NCBI GenBank assembly: GCA_951406725.2
Contig: OX597824.1
Location: forward strand, 44,144,001 to 44,208,000
Reading direction: 5' to 3'
Length of the DNA stretch: 64,000 nucleotides
DNA from: Octopus vulgaris
Lineage: Eukaryota
The position numbers and the translations under genes were made by a program. The notes below the pieces were generated by a model that was not told the origin of the DNA, made no database searches, and saw nothing but the letters and a program-made list of their open reading frames with translations. Every line of letters starts with the position of its first letter. The first letter of the stretch is position 1. Below are positions 1 through 14,857 of the stretch, piece by piece.

Positions 1-244
1 ATAAATACACACCAAAGAGAGAGAGAGTGTGTGTGTGATGCACACACCCAATAAAACGAGCAGAATGAAATTATATACCACAAAATACAAAGTAATTCCT
101 GCAGCAGATTTGAGTTTTCTACCCATGAGCTGGCAATCCAATACCTTATCACTATGCCTGTTATCTTGTACAATGTGTGTGCAAGTGTGCGTGTGTTTAT
201 GAGTGCATACATGTATCAAAAAAGAGAAAACTAAAGCAATATAT

Positions 245-612
245 GTTTTATCTTACTTGTTTCAGTAATTAGGCCAAGGCCATGCTGGGGCACTGCCTCC
301 GAAATTTTTACTTGAATAAATCAATTCCAGTACTTTTTTTTTTAAAGCCTGGTACTTATTCTATCAGTCTCTTTGCTGAATCACAAAATTAAAAGGATGT
401 AAGCTTACCAAAACTGGTTGTCAAGTGTGTGTGTGTGTGTGTGTGCGCACACGCGCACACACACACACAGGGTTTCTTTCAGTTTCTGCCCACCAAATCC
501 ACTGACAAGGTTTTGGTTGGCCTAAGGTTATAGAAGACACTCATCCAAGTGGGATTGAACCTGAAATTATGTGGTTGGGAAGCAAACTTCTATCCACAGA
601 GTCATGCCTGCA
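245..612 (-). mobile_element. tRNA-head SINE (family A), diverged copy
   Basis: Aligns by eye along its length to the well-preserved copy at 42362-42752, including the B-box-like gggattgaacc and the internal (CA)n. Confidence 0.8.
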
Positions 613-3408
613 CATATAGGGCATAAAAATTAAATTGGTCTGTGGAGTCTAACATAATCTCAAATACATTTTAAACATTTGACAACCTATAAAAAACGTA
701 CTTTTTTAATGGCTAAACCAATTTTTTAAAATCTAAGATTTATAGAAATATCAGTGCTAAAAAAAAATAATAATGGTTATCAACAATTTAAGTTTCATGG
801 AAAAGCTTAAATAATTGAGGTTAACTACATGAAGGCTTACACATGAACCAACCACATTCCAGAACAATGATTCACTTCAGTTACTTGACAGTATACTTGT
901 AGCTCTTAGATATTTTTTTGTTTATAGCTTTACTTCCATTAAAGATTTTAATTAGGAATTTATATTTGGACTCAGAATGAAGGTGAGGAAGTTAAACAGG
1001 TAATTTTAAAATAAAAAAAATGTTTTAATAAACTAAATAAATTTAAGTTTTATTTAGAGAATATAAATAAAAAACATAGTGATCAAAAGTTAAACATTTG
1101 ATACAACTAGCTAGCACTATTTAGGTACCCTTCCCTTCTGAAATTGTTATATAGAAGAGAGTTTATCAATAATTACATTGGATTAATAAAAAAAAAATGT
1201 TAACAAGTGAAAACTGAACAGCAACTATATAAGGACATCTTAAGCTTAACCAAAAGATTGGTTATCAAATATTTTCACAAGAATAAGAGACAGATCAGAT
1301 ATAATTTTCTGAATGAAAACAAGTTGTTGAGTGGGGTGGGACTGGCAAGTTTAAAGTGTTCTTAAAGCTAATTGGATCTTTTCTGACACCAAGTACTTTA
1401 TGAAACAATTTAAAAAGACCTCTGCAAATATCACTCCCATGTACCAAATAATCTTTGCTATAAATTTCCTAAAACTTTTCAAGAAAAGTAAGTAGTACTT
1501 TACTCAGTGCAACAGCTCCAGCTTTTCATTTACAAAACAAACAATGTATTCAGCATATGAATATGGAAAAGTATTTACAGTGGTAGTATGACAGAGAAAA
1601 ACATCTTCAATCTCTTGTAAGGGTAAGAAGCAAAAGACATTTAGTAGAGCTTCAAGTGAAAACATTATTAGAGCATGCTGTCATATGAACTAGAAAGAAA
1701 TTACATCCATCATTGCGGTGTTCATAAAACTGCATATGTTGAGTAATAGCTTTGTAGCATTTTCCTTTACTTTTATCAATAGAAATTGTTAGTTTTGAGA
1801 AACATTTCAAATAAACAAGCAAGAATAAATTTTTAAAATCTAACAATGAAAAGAGTTTATACAGAAAGAAATACTGAAAAAATGAAGGCCTTAAAAAAAA
1901 AGAAGTTGCAGTAATAGAATGATAAAACTAGTAAGATAGTTTTAAGAATCAATAAAATAAGTACCACTCAAGTACTAGTGCGAACTTAACACATATCCTT
2001 ACCCAAAATGTGTGGCCGTGTGCCAAATCCAGAAATCATTATTTAATGCTACAAGACTGATATGCTACCTTAAATGCAAACATACCTAAGCTTCAAGAGT
2101 TTGTTCTTATAAAGCATCATTTTCATGTATAACAATACTATATATCTTCTATGAACACAAGTACACATGTACCATTTCTCTCTCTCTCTCTCTTTCATAT
2201 ACAGAGACAACAAATACATTAATAAACTCAGGAAATCAACAAATTAAACCAGAAACCAAGGTAACAATACTTTCTTTTAAAAGTTTTAAAGTAAATCATT
2301 TTATGAATACTCAGAAATTTGTCTAACTAGGAGTTTATTAAGCTTTGTTATTTATTAGTGTCATTAAACACTGCTTATATGACTGTCAAATGATAATGTT
2401 AACTTTTTCTCTGTATTTCTCCCTTTCATAAGATCACCATCTTAATTACTCCTTCACATGTATGGAGAAAGAAGTCTTACATACTAAAACTATTTAATAT
2501 TTATCTTAAAACTCATCAAATAAATTTAGCAAACATTAAAGAAAAAAATCTAGCAAAAACACCACAAATAATAGGAATTTTTCAGCCTAAAAATAATCTC
2601 CCCATTGGAAATCAAATTTTCCTCTTGAATCCTGGAATTTCCTCCAAGTTAATTGCTACAATAGACAATACCTACTAATATTCTTATCAAAAGCAAATTG
2701 ACAAGCTATGAAATAAAACTGTGTTATTTAAATACAGCACATAGGCAAATAAACGGGTAACAACTTTTTAAAGAGTCATACAGACACTTATTTTCAATCA
2801 GGCAAAAGAATCAGTTTCTAAAATCAAACCAACAACAGATCAGCAGAAATATACTTATGCTAATCTGGTTTATAATCTCCAATTAGCATTCTAGTATCTA
2901 GCAGTCACCATTCTGTTTAGGCTTATTGATCTACTGAAGTGATGATAATCGTGTCAATAAATCCAAGAAAAAATATCTGTTTTCAAGAGACCCACCAAAC
3001 TGTATATATAGATTGATGTAAATGAGGTTAGCAAAAAACTTCTATATTCACAGTTATTATTGGAATTGAAACTTGATACAGATATTTCGAAAGGCATGAA
3101 CGCTATTCTTCTTTGCAAAAGATAAATAAATAAATAAATAAATAACTCACACACGCACATGCACACACGCAAACTTTATATATTACATATTAGATAATTT
3201 ATTTGTTTCAAGAGATATTACCAGCAATTTTTATTTTTTTAAATAGTATTGCGACTTTGAAGTAAATAGTATCAAAGTTCTTAAAGTTTATGAGTGTAAT
3301 AATGGCAATGCTTAACCAGTTCAAGACCAAACCAGAAAATGTTGGTTCTATTTCTAGCTAACTTTCACTCTTCTTATTTTTCTGATTTTCAGTTATGATA
3401 CCATTTAA

Positions 3409-3623
3409 CCCTTTCGTTACTGTATTTATTTTGAGATGCTCTGTGTTTCTTTCAATTACTTTAAATATAACAAAGAATTTAGTAAAATAACTTAGTTATC
3501 ATTAAGCTAGTGTTAGGTACATAAATTTTGACTAAGGTTTGGTAGAAGATTTTAATTCAAAATTTATGAAAACAAGACATTTGTACTACAGAGCCGGTTT
3601 CAGCCAGGTTGGTAATGAAAGGG
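3409..3623. mobile_element. piggyBac-type MITE (215 bp)
   Basis: TTAA target duplications (3405-3408, 3624-3627) and TIRs CCCTTTCGTTAC...GTAATGAAAGGG. Same TIR as the element at 18140-19201. Confidence 0.9.
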
Positions 3624-3884
3624 TTAATACATGTTTTGTATAAACAAATAATAATCCAGCCTCAGTAATTAATTAACATATTTTATGAAACTTCATGCTT
3701 TCTGTTAGGCATTGGTTCAACCTAACTAGAAATACATTTCAACATTCAGCTTTACAACTAATGAGGTCAGCTCACAATCCTGTTAAAATTTGTAACTATT
3801 CATATTAAGCTTATTTTGCATTGGTCAATATCTCAAGAAAGACATGAATATCAATCACTTTCAGAAACTGAAAAGGAATATATT

Positions 3885-4203
3885 AGCTTCCATGCCAGTG
3901 GCATGTAAAAAGCACCATTCGAGCATGATCATTACCAGCGTTGCCTTACTGTGCAGGTGGCATGTAAAAAACACCATTTGAGCGTGGCTGTTGCCAGTAC
4001 TGCCTGATTGGCCCTCGTGCCAGTGGCACTTAAAAGCACCCACTACACTCTCAGAGTGGTTGGCGTTAGGAAGGACATCCAGCTGTAGAAACTCTGCCAG
4101 ATCAGATTGGAGCCTGGTGCAGCCATCTGGCTCGCCAGTCCTCAGTCAAATCGTCCAACCCATGCTAGCATGGAAAGCAGATGTTAAACGATGATGATGA
4201 TGA
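3885..4203 (+). mobile_element. 3' end (3' UTR plus (GAT)n tail) of an RTE-type LINE, 5'-truncated
   Basis: Highly similar to 27890-28265, including the ~60-bp hairpin units, cactacactctc.gagtggttggcgttaggaagg and the gatgatgat tail. Confidence 0.9.
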
Positions 4204-4785
4204 TATATTTTATAGATGATTAAAAGTAACTGTTTAGAAAAGATAAATATTCCACAACATAAATATCAACCTACTTTATTGTGTTTGACACATGTTTTCT
4301 CTCTAACAAATATTGTGATAATTATTCTTAACTGTTCTTGTATTCCACTGGCATTCAGACAGAGTAACTCTGTTGCCAATAATATTTTGTGTTCAAACAA
4401 GAAGATTGCAGAAGTTGTCCAAGTTGTAATATTTTTCCAGTACAAATAGTGAGTGCAGCAGAATACCAGAAAACCTTCTGGTATGACAAGACTAAGTAGT
4501 TCAAATCCAAAGTCAATTAACTTCACACTGTTACTGTTTCCCAACACTTTACAACACACAAACTTTGTTCCAAGCTAAAAAGGAACCAATAAAATAAATA
4601 TTTTAATGTATTTTGAGTACATCTCGCCTCCTAAAAGCTGCTTTATCTCTTTTGTAATTGATGTGTGTGTGTATATATATATACACACACACACACACAT
4701 ATATAAAGAGAAAGGGCTATTGACCAATTTGCTTCATTAGGACAAATGGTTACTTAAAATTTAAACAGCTCCGGAAACTTGTTAA

Positions 4786-5006
4786 CCCTTCAGCATTTAA
4801 ACTGACCATATCTGACCCAAATATTATACCTATTTTATGTACAAACTGGCCATATTCAGCCTCTCACACCTACCCTACAATGTGATACTAAAAGTAAACA
4901 AGCACATCATCGAAATCTCAATACAAAAAGATAATGCATGAGTAATTCAAAACAATGTGTATAAATAAGCATTTAAATTAGACAGAATAATCTAAACGCT
5001 AAAGGG
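4786..5006. mobile_element. piggyBac-type MITE, second family
   Basis: TTAA|CCCTTCAGC ... GCTAAAGGG|TTAA. The left end is homologous to the piggyBac end at 10983. Confidence 0.85.
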
Positions 5007-6721
5007 TTAAACATAAATTCTTCTATATTGACTGCAACACACAAACTGCAGAGTGACACTGACACAAAGGATAGCAACACTTGTCACTTGATCAGCCAGC
5101 TTTATGACATTTACTACCATCTTATATTTTAAGCACACACATATATGCACAATAGAAATAACATTTTCATTCAAGAGAACTCAACTTCCTATATAATATT
5201 AACAGGTTGAGCTTCCTGTACTTTTTCAAGCCTTTAAATCAACACCACCAATTAAGCATCCCTTTTCTTGTAGTGGTTTAGATATCTTTATATAACAGCT
5301 TCATTCATCTTTAAACTTTTGGGTTATTTGTTTCAAGTTGCCTTGCTAAATTTTCCCAAAATGTACTACACTTATATGTATCAACCACAAATTCATGTCA
5401 TTCTTTCTCATAGCTTTAAAGAAATTAATTTTTTTCACTAGTTTTGTTACAATTCACTTTCCTGTTGTGAATTGTTATTTGTCTCTTCCTTCATAATATA
5501 GTGGAAATATATTGCTTCTGTCAGAGTTAAGTATATTGTTTTTAAAAAATCTAAAAAGGTTTGCTATTTTGGTGGGAATTCTTTTTCTTTTTTTCCACAC
5601 TTCATTCTGAAGAACTTGAAACAGTTTGAAATAATCACGAGTGTACATATGCCTGCACATTAAAGATAATCTGTTAATTTTATATTAATCAAACTGCATA
5701 AGTTTTACACAAAACACTCACCTAATTTTCAAAAAGTAATATTTTTCAATCCAATTAAAATTTTATGATAATTGTGTAATGATCTCAATCATGAATTTAG
5801 TTGTTTGTTTGTTTGTTTTAAATAGATAATCACTATTATTAAGATATGATAATGAGAAACATAACCTCTGAAATGAGTTCAACATATATCATTGAGGTTC
5901 ATGACAATTATTATGATTTTAAAAATAAATGAAATAGTTATCTTGATAGTGTCAACATTTCAATTATGTCAAAATGTAAATAAAAAGGATTATTGTAGAA
6001 TAATGATGTCAATTTTGACTTTTCCATTCCATATGAATAACACTTCATACCAATGTAACTAACTGAAACCTTAAACTGCTGCATTAGAAATTGAAATGAA
6101 CAAGAGTGATTATATCCTACCCAATTCTGAAGTCCTACTAACTCCCACTTCTAAGAGTTAAATAAGGTTTCTTCGCACAGATCACATTGAATAAGATCAA
6201 CTCAGGAACAGGACAAATTATTGTCTTTAGAGGGGAAAAAATTAATATGAATTTCAGCCAAAATTACTCAGCAATTGGTGCATAAAGGTATATGTGACTA
6301 TAATTTCTTTCATTGAAGAATCAGATAAGTCTAAAATTTGGGCAATCTATACCAGCAAGAAAATGTGAAACACCAGAAAAATTAACTATAAAGGTTACAT
6401 GAAAACAGAAGTATTATGGCAAGATAAAATGAACTAAAGTATATTGAAACAATTAATTTAATTTCTTGCAGGGAGGAGATTACACAAAGTTTCCTTGGTT
6501 TCTCTATGATTGGGTATTTAATTCCTGAATATGTACATTATCGAAGGTTGGATTTAAACTCATTTAGAAATAAGGGTTCTAAGTTCCAATCTTCCCAGAA
6601 ACATATCCAAGAAAAGGGTACCTAATGCCAATCCAAGATTAAACCAACTGAAACTGTAATACATAAATGGAAATATAACATGAATAATTAAGAACTTATC
6701 ATTCTTCTAGGATTAATAAAA

Positions 6722-6886
6722 TATTGGTTTCAAATTTTGGCACAAGGCCAGTAATTTTGAGGGAGGGGGTTAGTCCATCAACCCCAGTACTCAACTGGTG
6801 GAATTTGAACCCAGAACCTAAGAATGGACAAAATGTCGCAAAACATTTTGCTCAGCATGCTAATGATTCTGCCAGCTCACTGCCTT
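6722..6886 (-). mobile_element. Short SINE (family C), internally deleted
   Basis: Shares aaggcagtgagctggcagaatcattagc (head) and ggccttgtgccaaaatttgaaacc (tail) with copies at ~8250-8452, 19435-19640 and 44860-45075. Confidence 0.7.
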
Positions 6887-8249
6887 AGAGTTAATAAAAT
6901 ATTAATTATATGCTGAGGTTAAATTAACTTTAACTCCATCTACAAATAGAAAAAAATATAATTTACCACAGTGTTGCTGTCTATTTGAAACCATGATATA
7001 CCTTTGATTCTCAAATACTTGTTTCCTATTCTCCATACCTACTTGATAAAATATTAGTTAATTTCAACCAGTCTTGAAAAACTGAATTTATTACCAACTA
7101 GAATAGTATCATGGTAGCAAAACTTAAAATGGGAAAATGAATGATACAACCTCTCAGTTTCCCTTCTTTAAAAATCTTGATTTTCATACTTATATTCAAG
7201 GAATAACTATTGCTGCAGTTGGACAATGTGAAGCATACATGAAGTAGTAGCAGGACATAGTAGAAAACACATTCTAATTCAATAAGATTAGGTCTCTGAG
7301 TTCAGTGCACATGAGTTTGGTGCACACCAAATTTAACTGCTTTCTTTCCTTTCTGGTTGATTATATGTTAAGAAAATTACTTAAAATGTACACTTCAGAG
7401 AACTGGGTCACCTCAGTACTAATCACCAACAGAACACAGAGCATTTGAAACACATTCAACAAACACACCCAATACAAAGACAGGCATTCCACAATCCATT
7501 AGTAAATAAACACAATTCTTTTCAGGGATTTTAGAAACTAAACTATCAGCTATATATAGGGAGGCCTCATCTCTGTCACATGTTACACAACTATAATTCT
7601 TGATCCACAGGCTTACATGGACAAAATGCACATTTTCATATATATGTAAGAGCACGTATTTGTATACAATACAATTGTCTGTACATGTATGCTGGCCATA
7701 GGTCTTTTCATCAAAGACAAGAGTGCATATTATAGTTACAACAGGCTTACTCAAACATCTGTGAATTTCTTTTTGCCCCAATACTGACTGCATGCAACAA
7801 ATGTGTCAAACAGGTATAATGTCAGCTCTTTGAAACATTGACTATATATCAGATATGATACTATTTGCATTAATACTGAACCCCTTTTGCTCTAATCCCT
7901 TTTCACTTGATAAGAGCTGGTAGAAACAATTTGGTACTAACAACAAAGTTATACACAGAAATAAAAAGTATAAAAGGTAATTTCTCACAATAAGACATTT
8001 TCTAATACATTACATAAAATGTTAACATACTAAATTAAAACTATCTTATTCATGTAAATACTACAACAGCTTTCTTTTTCATTCCTTTACAGTCACATTA
8101 CAAGACACAGATTATTTCTAATTCAGCATACAAATTACATACAAACAGCTTCACTGACTAAACAAAACCCCAAGCAATATATCATCTTATGAACAACCTA
8201 TTCAAAGTTTCTGCTTCAGTAAATCTTATCAATCACTGTTATACATGAG

Positions 8250-8452
8250 CAGAGAGTGGTAAAATCAGTAGAGCACCAGCCAAATATATGCAATATTTCC
8301 ACTTTTTACATTCTGTGTTCAAATCAAGCTTTGAATTTGCCTTTGATTCTTGTAAGGTCAATGAAATAACTATCAATATATCAGGAGTCAATTTAATTCA
8401 CCATATTCCCTCACCATAAAATTTGTAACTTTGCACCTAAGTTAGAAATCAA
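8250..8452 (+). mobile_element. Short SINE (family C), diverged
   Basis: tacattctgtgttcaaat...tttgcctttgattc...ttgcacctaagttagaaatc matches other family C copies. Confidence 0.55.
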
Positions 8453-9719
8453 TAATATACAGATTTGACAATGTATTTTTATGATAACAAACACAGAAAA
8501 TATTCAGAAAAAGGTACAAATACATAAAATAAAAACAAAAAAAGGGAAGTGAATACAACTAAAACAAAAAGATTAGGAAAATTTGAGATGATCAATTATT
8601 TTTTACTTAAATTGTGTTGAAAGCAAATATCTTAAGAAACATTATAACTGTCATACTGATATTTATTCAATACGTAGCTGAAATTATTAAGTATGACAAG
8701 ATTAAGAGAAAAAAGGGAAACTCCACTAGTCAACCAGTTTCATAGAAGAGGGTCCTTAGAGCAAGTTTTGAAACTAATAAAAGCCCACCTTTAAAAGTAA
8801 CTCAATGTGCACATTTAATGCTATGATATTGACAAACTATTCTGTTGTCAACAATTTGTAGTTCATCAAAATCTGTAAGTTGATAACTGGTCAAGATGCA
8901 AACCACTAGCAGTCAACTGAGTTCAATGATCAAACCATCCAATCCATGCCAGCATGGGAGGCAGACATTAAACAATGATGATGATGATATTTTTCTCCTC
9001 AACCAGGGCTGACCTAAAGTCATCAACAGAAACAAAGACAGTTTCTAAAGATATTTTTATAACATTTGACAGAAATAGGCCCCAGTTTTCTGGATATACT
9101 GTAATCAATTCTTAACACAATGAGTACCATGGGGAATGTGTAAATCAGTCCTGTGTACCACACATGTTTTTTTTTTTTCAAATTCGTATAAGTATTTCAG
9201 TGCTGTATACAGTTCATTTTTTGATGACAAAACATGTTTACAATGTACTTATATGTGGGGCATTTGTAAAGTGTCGTGTATACATATATTTTATACATGG
9301 CACTCAATGTGTTAAAGATAATTCTACAATGCTACCAATTCTGCAGCTAATTAAAAATGCAGTTTCATTGACTGAAGAGGAATGTTCAAAAAGCATTTAA
9401 CTCCTGTCATATGAGATACCTATCAAAGCAAAATAATTACCAGAACAGAATTAAAAGAAGGTCGAACCTAATATCTTAGATAGTGGAAGTGAATCAACAA
9501 CACAATGATATTTGTTAAATAACAAATCAATTTCAAGAACAAAAGCCAGCTTAAAGCAGTTCTCCATTAGCAACAACAGTTGGAATATAAGGATGAAAAA
9601 AAAAAAAAAAAAATTTTAAACTGCATAAAGGAGAAAGTAAAATCTAAGGGAAAAAGAGTTTACACAATCTAATTATAATTGAAGAGAACTAATACAATTA
9701 TTGATAAACCAAAGGGGGA

Positions 9720-9900
9720 GCATCTATGTGATTGCTTGAAACCACACCCTACCATCTTAGAAATGAATAATGGGTCTCAGTTCCTTACTCTTTTACATGT
9801 TTCAGCCTTAAGGCTGTGGCCATACTGGGGCATGTCATGGCTGGAATGCCCTTGATTATAGGTCTGCTCAACTGGGACTGACCTGGTGCTAAACAACACT
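9720..9900 (+). repeat. Interspersed repeat (family D) carrying a short family-A SINE fragment at ~9785-9832
   Basis: gtcatggctggaatgcccttgattataggtctgctc...gctaaacaaca recurs at 21240-21300 and, reversed, at ~25170-25375 and ~44500-44710. Confidence 0.6.
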
Positions 9901-10982
9901 ATTACTACAGCTGCTGTTGCAGACAAATGAAGTTTTAATGGTCATTTCTGCAATGTTTTGTTTCCTAAATGCTCAGAGAGAAAATAATTATCAACGCCTC
10001 TTGATCTATTATAAGAAAACATGCAATGGAAAGATTTATCCAAGTATATCACTCATACTTTTACAAAATCCTCACAGCTAACAAGATGAAAGACAATATT
10101 CATCCAATATAAACTTAAGCATGCAAAACACAAAACTAGATCTTTCAAAGCAACCAGCTGGGCCATTTCTACAATGTTAAATATAGTAAAATAATTATCT
10201 GCCTTTTTCTTTTTTTATGAACTATCTAGTCTGTAATAAAAAAAATCATTCATTATATTATCTTCATTTCCTCTATTGGAATGGAGGTGAAAAATAAGTC
10301 AACTCTGCCAACAGAAATTTAATTCAGACATGAAGAGTTGAACCAGCCATTTTAAAACATCAAGTACATCCAGACATTAGTAGCATAGAATTCAAATTTT
10401 CTAAATTATTCCAAGATTATTTAATTTAATATTTTACACAATCAATATCAAGCTGATAATCTACATGAAATTGATTCTCATTAATAATTATAATGCAAAA
10501 AAGCAAAATCTAATTTCACTATAATTTATGCAATTTCCTGTTAGAATTGCAATAGCAAAATTGTTATGCATGTGATCCTTCTAAAATAATGATTGTTGTA
10601 TCTAAATTTATTTTCTTTATTCAACACAATTTCCCTATTTCTAAGTGATATACGTTTAACCGTGTAAGTGGATAGCATTCATATGTACAGAATATTTTAA
10701 TATTTTTGTCCATTGCTTTCAATAGTAGGATTCATTCCCGTATTGCATTTTGTATATTTTCTGAAAGATTTCAACTATTTGATCTCATTGGAGTTATATA
10801 CCGGGCATATCATTTTCAGGTTTTAAGTACATTTAATGAGTGATTTTGTTGACTAATTGCTTAGATAACATCAATTTTTCAACTCTCAATAGTACACAAG
10901 ACCCAATTGTATTTCATAAACATTTTTGAATAAACAATCTTGATCAAAAATTTCATGTAAAAATTCTCAGAATGGGTATTAA

Positions 10983-11640
10983 CCCTTTAGTGTTCAAACC
11001 GGCCATAACTGGCCAAAATGAATTCCCCTTTATTTGTTCAAGCCAGCCGTATCCAACTGCTCTATGAAATCACTAAAGAAATAAACAAATCACGTTATTG
11101 AATTCTTGAAGCTTTGAGGTAATGCAAGATGAAGCCTTTCCTGCCTTTATTCAAGTATAAATACTGTGAAATTGTTTAGACCACATGGCTTTTTCAACAT
11201 TTGAAGAGAAGTGTGTACCTTAGTTGTTTAAGAAATGGTATCAGCAAGTAGCGATTCTGACTTTGAAGGTTTTACTCTTGACGATATAGAAAATATAAAT
11301 GAAAACAAGATGTCTTCAGGTGAATCTGATATTGATATTACTGATTAATCGTCGGACGAGGAAGATTTTGAGAACGAAAGTGATGAAAATGATATCGTAA
11401 AACTTGGCAACATGGTCAAAGATTACAACACCAATCACTGTTCCTGATTTCACAGAAAACACTGGTTCACAACACAATTTACCTCCTAATACTCAACCAT
11501 TGGACTATCTATTTTTATTTTTACCAGGAAGTTTTTTTGAAAATGTTGTGGAGGAAACAAACACGCACAACGTTTAATTTCTATTCATGGAAGAGACAAT
11601 CCACTATGGCAGCCAACTTATACTGCAGAAATTCAATTAA
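10983..11640 (+). mobile_element. piggyBac transposon left end with decayed transposase N-terminus
   Basis: TTAA|CCCTTTAG end. ATG at 11235 gives MVSASSDSDFEGFTLDDIE...(acidic, internal stop), then after a frameshift TWSKITTPITVPDFTENTGSQHNLPPNTQPLDYLYLFLPGSFFENVVEETN, typical of piggyBac transposases. No right end found. Confidence 0.85.
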
Positions 11641-13574
11641 ATTCTTATCATACTACATTTAAGATCTGAAGTTGCTGGTGAGGTTTACAGGCTTGATCTT
11701 CACTCAGGGAAAATGCACACATAACATATTGCCTCTCTTTTCCTAGCAAAATGACTACAGCATGGCTATTGTCTGATTTGACAGACGGATAATCATCAGA
11801 AATGTCAGTAGCACTCATTTCCAGAGAATATACTACATCTTAGGGCAACTGAGTATCTGGTAATATAACTAGATGAGCTCAACAACCCAACTGAAGGAAA
11901 CTGACTCAAAAACCTAAGCAGACATAACTCATTCATCCTGTCAGGTTATCTGTCTAAAAAAGGAAGCTCTAATGCAACTAAGGTATTAGTTACAATCCAA
12001 GGATCTTATTATTATCAAGGCTGGTTAGACCACAGCAAATGAAACCCAAGTGCTAAAGGTGGGGCCAGTATTGTGAATGCTTCACAACACCTAAAGAAAT
12101 CCATTTTGCAGTCCAACTGACAGACTTACAACTACAATCATCCCTCTCAACCATTCATCAAGCCCTGCAATGATAGGAAAGGTGGGTAAATGATAAGTGA
12201 AACATGACACTGGAAGCCACATATCTAATGCTGCATACATGACATCTGGATGAGTGGGTTGTGTGATTATGGTAACCCAGTCAAAACTGCTTAATCAACA
12301 TGGAGAGAGGCTTAGAAAAGATGACTTAACCAAAGTGCATTTCCATTTCCCCAAGTTGGTTATAAACTTACATGAAAATTCCTTGGCCCTAGACAGATTA
12401 TACAAGTCATGAGGGGAAATAGCAAAAACATCAAGAAATTTGATCATATATTGAAAAGAAGAATATTTTTGTCAATGATCATATTTTATATAAATCCTAA
12501 AAAGTATTAGGACAAAGATACAAAGGATATGAGAAGCATATTTTAAAACAAAGACTCAGAAACTCAAATACTGAAGTGGGAAATGGATCACATAAGATTT
12601 TAGAATGTTCACATGTTTGGTTTTACAAAATGAGTTCCTTGAAAAAGAATATTCAGAAAGACTACAGCTGTGATTAAGTCATTAAATTTAACTACAAATA
12701 ATTGTATTTTTCTTTAATCTTAGGACAATGTACATTTTCTTAAAACTCAAAACAACATATTTTTTCTTACATTAGAGCTATCACAACTCCTTAAGTAACA
12801 TTTTGGCAGTGACATAGGTTTTGATATATAAAGATTATTTAATGCACACATCTGTACAGAAAAGAGTAAGACAGATGACATGAAAAACTAAAAACCCACT
12901 ATTGAAGACAATTTCTCATTAACCAGATACATTTATAGTTGTTATTTAACCCTAAGCCAGCCATGATAGAGAAGACATATAATGAAAATTTCCTGGTTGT
13001 CATGATCTTTCTATATTTGAACATGTATGTTTACATATATGAAGGCTTCCACTGGTAGGGGTTGATTATATAAAGCACTTAGAAAGATCCTTTCCAGGAT
13101 ACATACCTGGAAAAAGTTTTTGTAAGACCAGCAGTTGCCCCTCTCTATGCTACTGATGGTTGGTGTTCAAGCGAACAGCAGATCCAATACAACTTGGTAT
13201 GAAGGTTGTAAATAAATTCATAACATAGAGAGCCAGAATAGATATGTCAGGGCATCTCAAACACTAGCAATTCTGATAATCAATTACTCTGGATTGGCAC
13301 TTATTGACTGACCATAAAAGGAAGGATGAAAGGCAAACATTATCTCAATGGGATTTGAACTTAGAGCATAAAAAGCCAGAATAAATACAAGGCATTTTAA
13401 TCAATGCTCTAACAACTCAGATAATCCCCACACATGCACACACGTCTCTGGCTTTTACTATCAATGCTACTAATCTTGAAATATATTAACCTTGCTCAGC
13501 TTTCGTCCTCTTAAGTTGCTAAGAGTTTTCAGAAAAGCTAAGATGGCCACACAATCACATTTTGTCATACCTGA

Positions 13575-13576
<2 letters not shown>

Positions 13577-13627
<51 letters not shown>
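13577..13627. repeat. (AT)n microsatellite
   Basis: Pure AT dinucleotide run. Confidence 0.95.
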
Positions 13628-13630
<3 letters not shown>

Positions 13631-14857
13631 AATCATTACTGTTGTCTTCACCGCAGATAAGTTGCTATTTGGTCTCAATTCTCGTTTCTCTTCACTTACA
13701 ATTTTCATTTCATTAAACTATGAAGATAAAAATAAAAAATAGCGTGTATGTGTGTATCCAAATCCACAGGATACTTGTGTACAACTAGAAATGGTCAGAA
13801 TTTTGTCTTGTTCATAGTCCAGAAGCTGTTATTGCAGATGACTGAGATAAATCTGATTGCATATAACTGCTAACTTCACCATTTCCATTATTATCATTAT
13901 TATTTTCTTCATCCTCCATCAAACATATCAAAACTTTGCCATTATTATTATTTTTTACTTACCATACTCAAATGAGTGATATTAGCAAACAATTTGTGAT
14001 TCTAAGTAACACCCAAAAGAAACAAATTTAAAGCTTTAAAATGTTATACCTTTTCCATATATTTAAGGAACAGAACTATTCCTCTATGCTACTACACTGA
14101 AATTAACATTGAATCTATCACCCAACTGACAGCTTATTCATGGAATTCCCATGTTTATTATTAGTGTACTGCCCTAAATGTAAACCAACAAAATAATTTT
14201 CACAAATAAAAGTAAAATCGCAAAATTTCTCATGACTGGCATATCAACAAGCATTTTTCTTACACAAGCTATTTCATTATCAGGACTCAACACTCAGGAT
14301 AGGAGATTTTAAGGGAGATTCTGCAGGAAAACAGCCAAGTAAAATAGACTATTATTGACACTAGTAGTGACTGATAAAATGTGGGCACATTTCTCACATA
14401 CAAGTTTAAATTATTTTCAATCTTTCTTGAACCATAGTAGCATATATGCCCAATAACTGATACAATATGTGAGAGCCTGCATAAAGAGTAAAAATCAGAA
14501 TGGATTTGATATACCAGTTTTGGCATTATAATAATATAATACTAATTCTGATTTTTGAAAGTTGTCTATTGTATATATGCATATTTGTGTGTGCTTGTAA
14601 ATATGACTGTGTGCAAGTTTGTGTATGTTTGTCTTGACATCATGAATGTCATTCATTTCCAATATTCAGTAAAGACATATTTGGCCATATTACCATGCAT
14701 GGAAATAGGTAAGGGTTGGCAACAGGAAGGGCATTAATCTGTAGAAAATCTGCTTCAAACTGATCCATGCAAGTATGGAAAAGTAGGCATTAAAGAAGGT
14801 GATGATATATATGTACGCGTGTGCACACACATACACACACAGGTGTTGTGTAACTAG

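Noticed and set aside
1652-1846. Possible next MARK exon (ISIDK)
   Set aside because: Does not match VAIKIIDKTQL and has no fitting splice sites.
11780-12560. Coding-like, moderately GC-richer stretch
   Set aside because: No motif I could recognise in any frame; probably an old transposon remnant, left uncalled.
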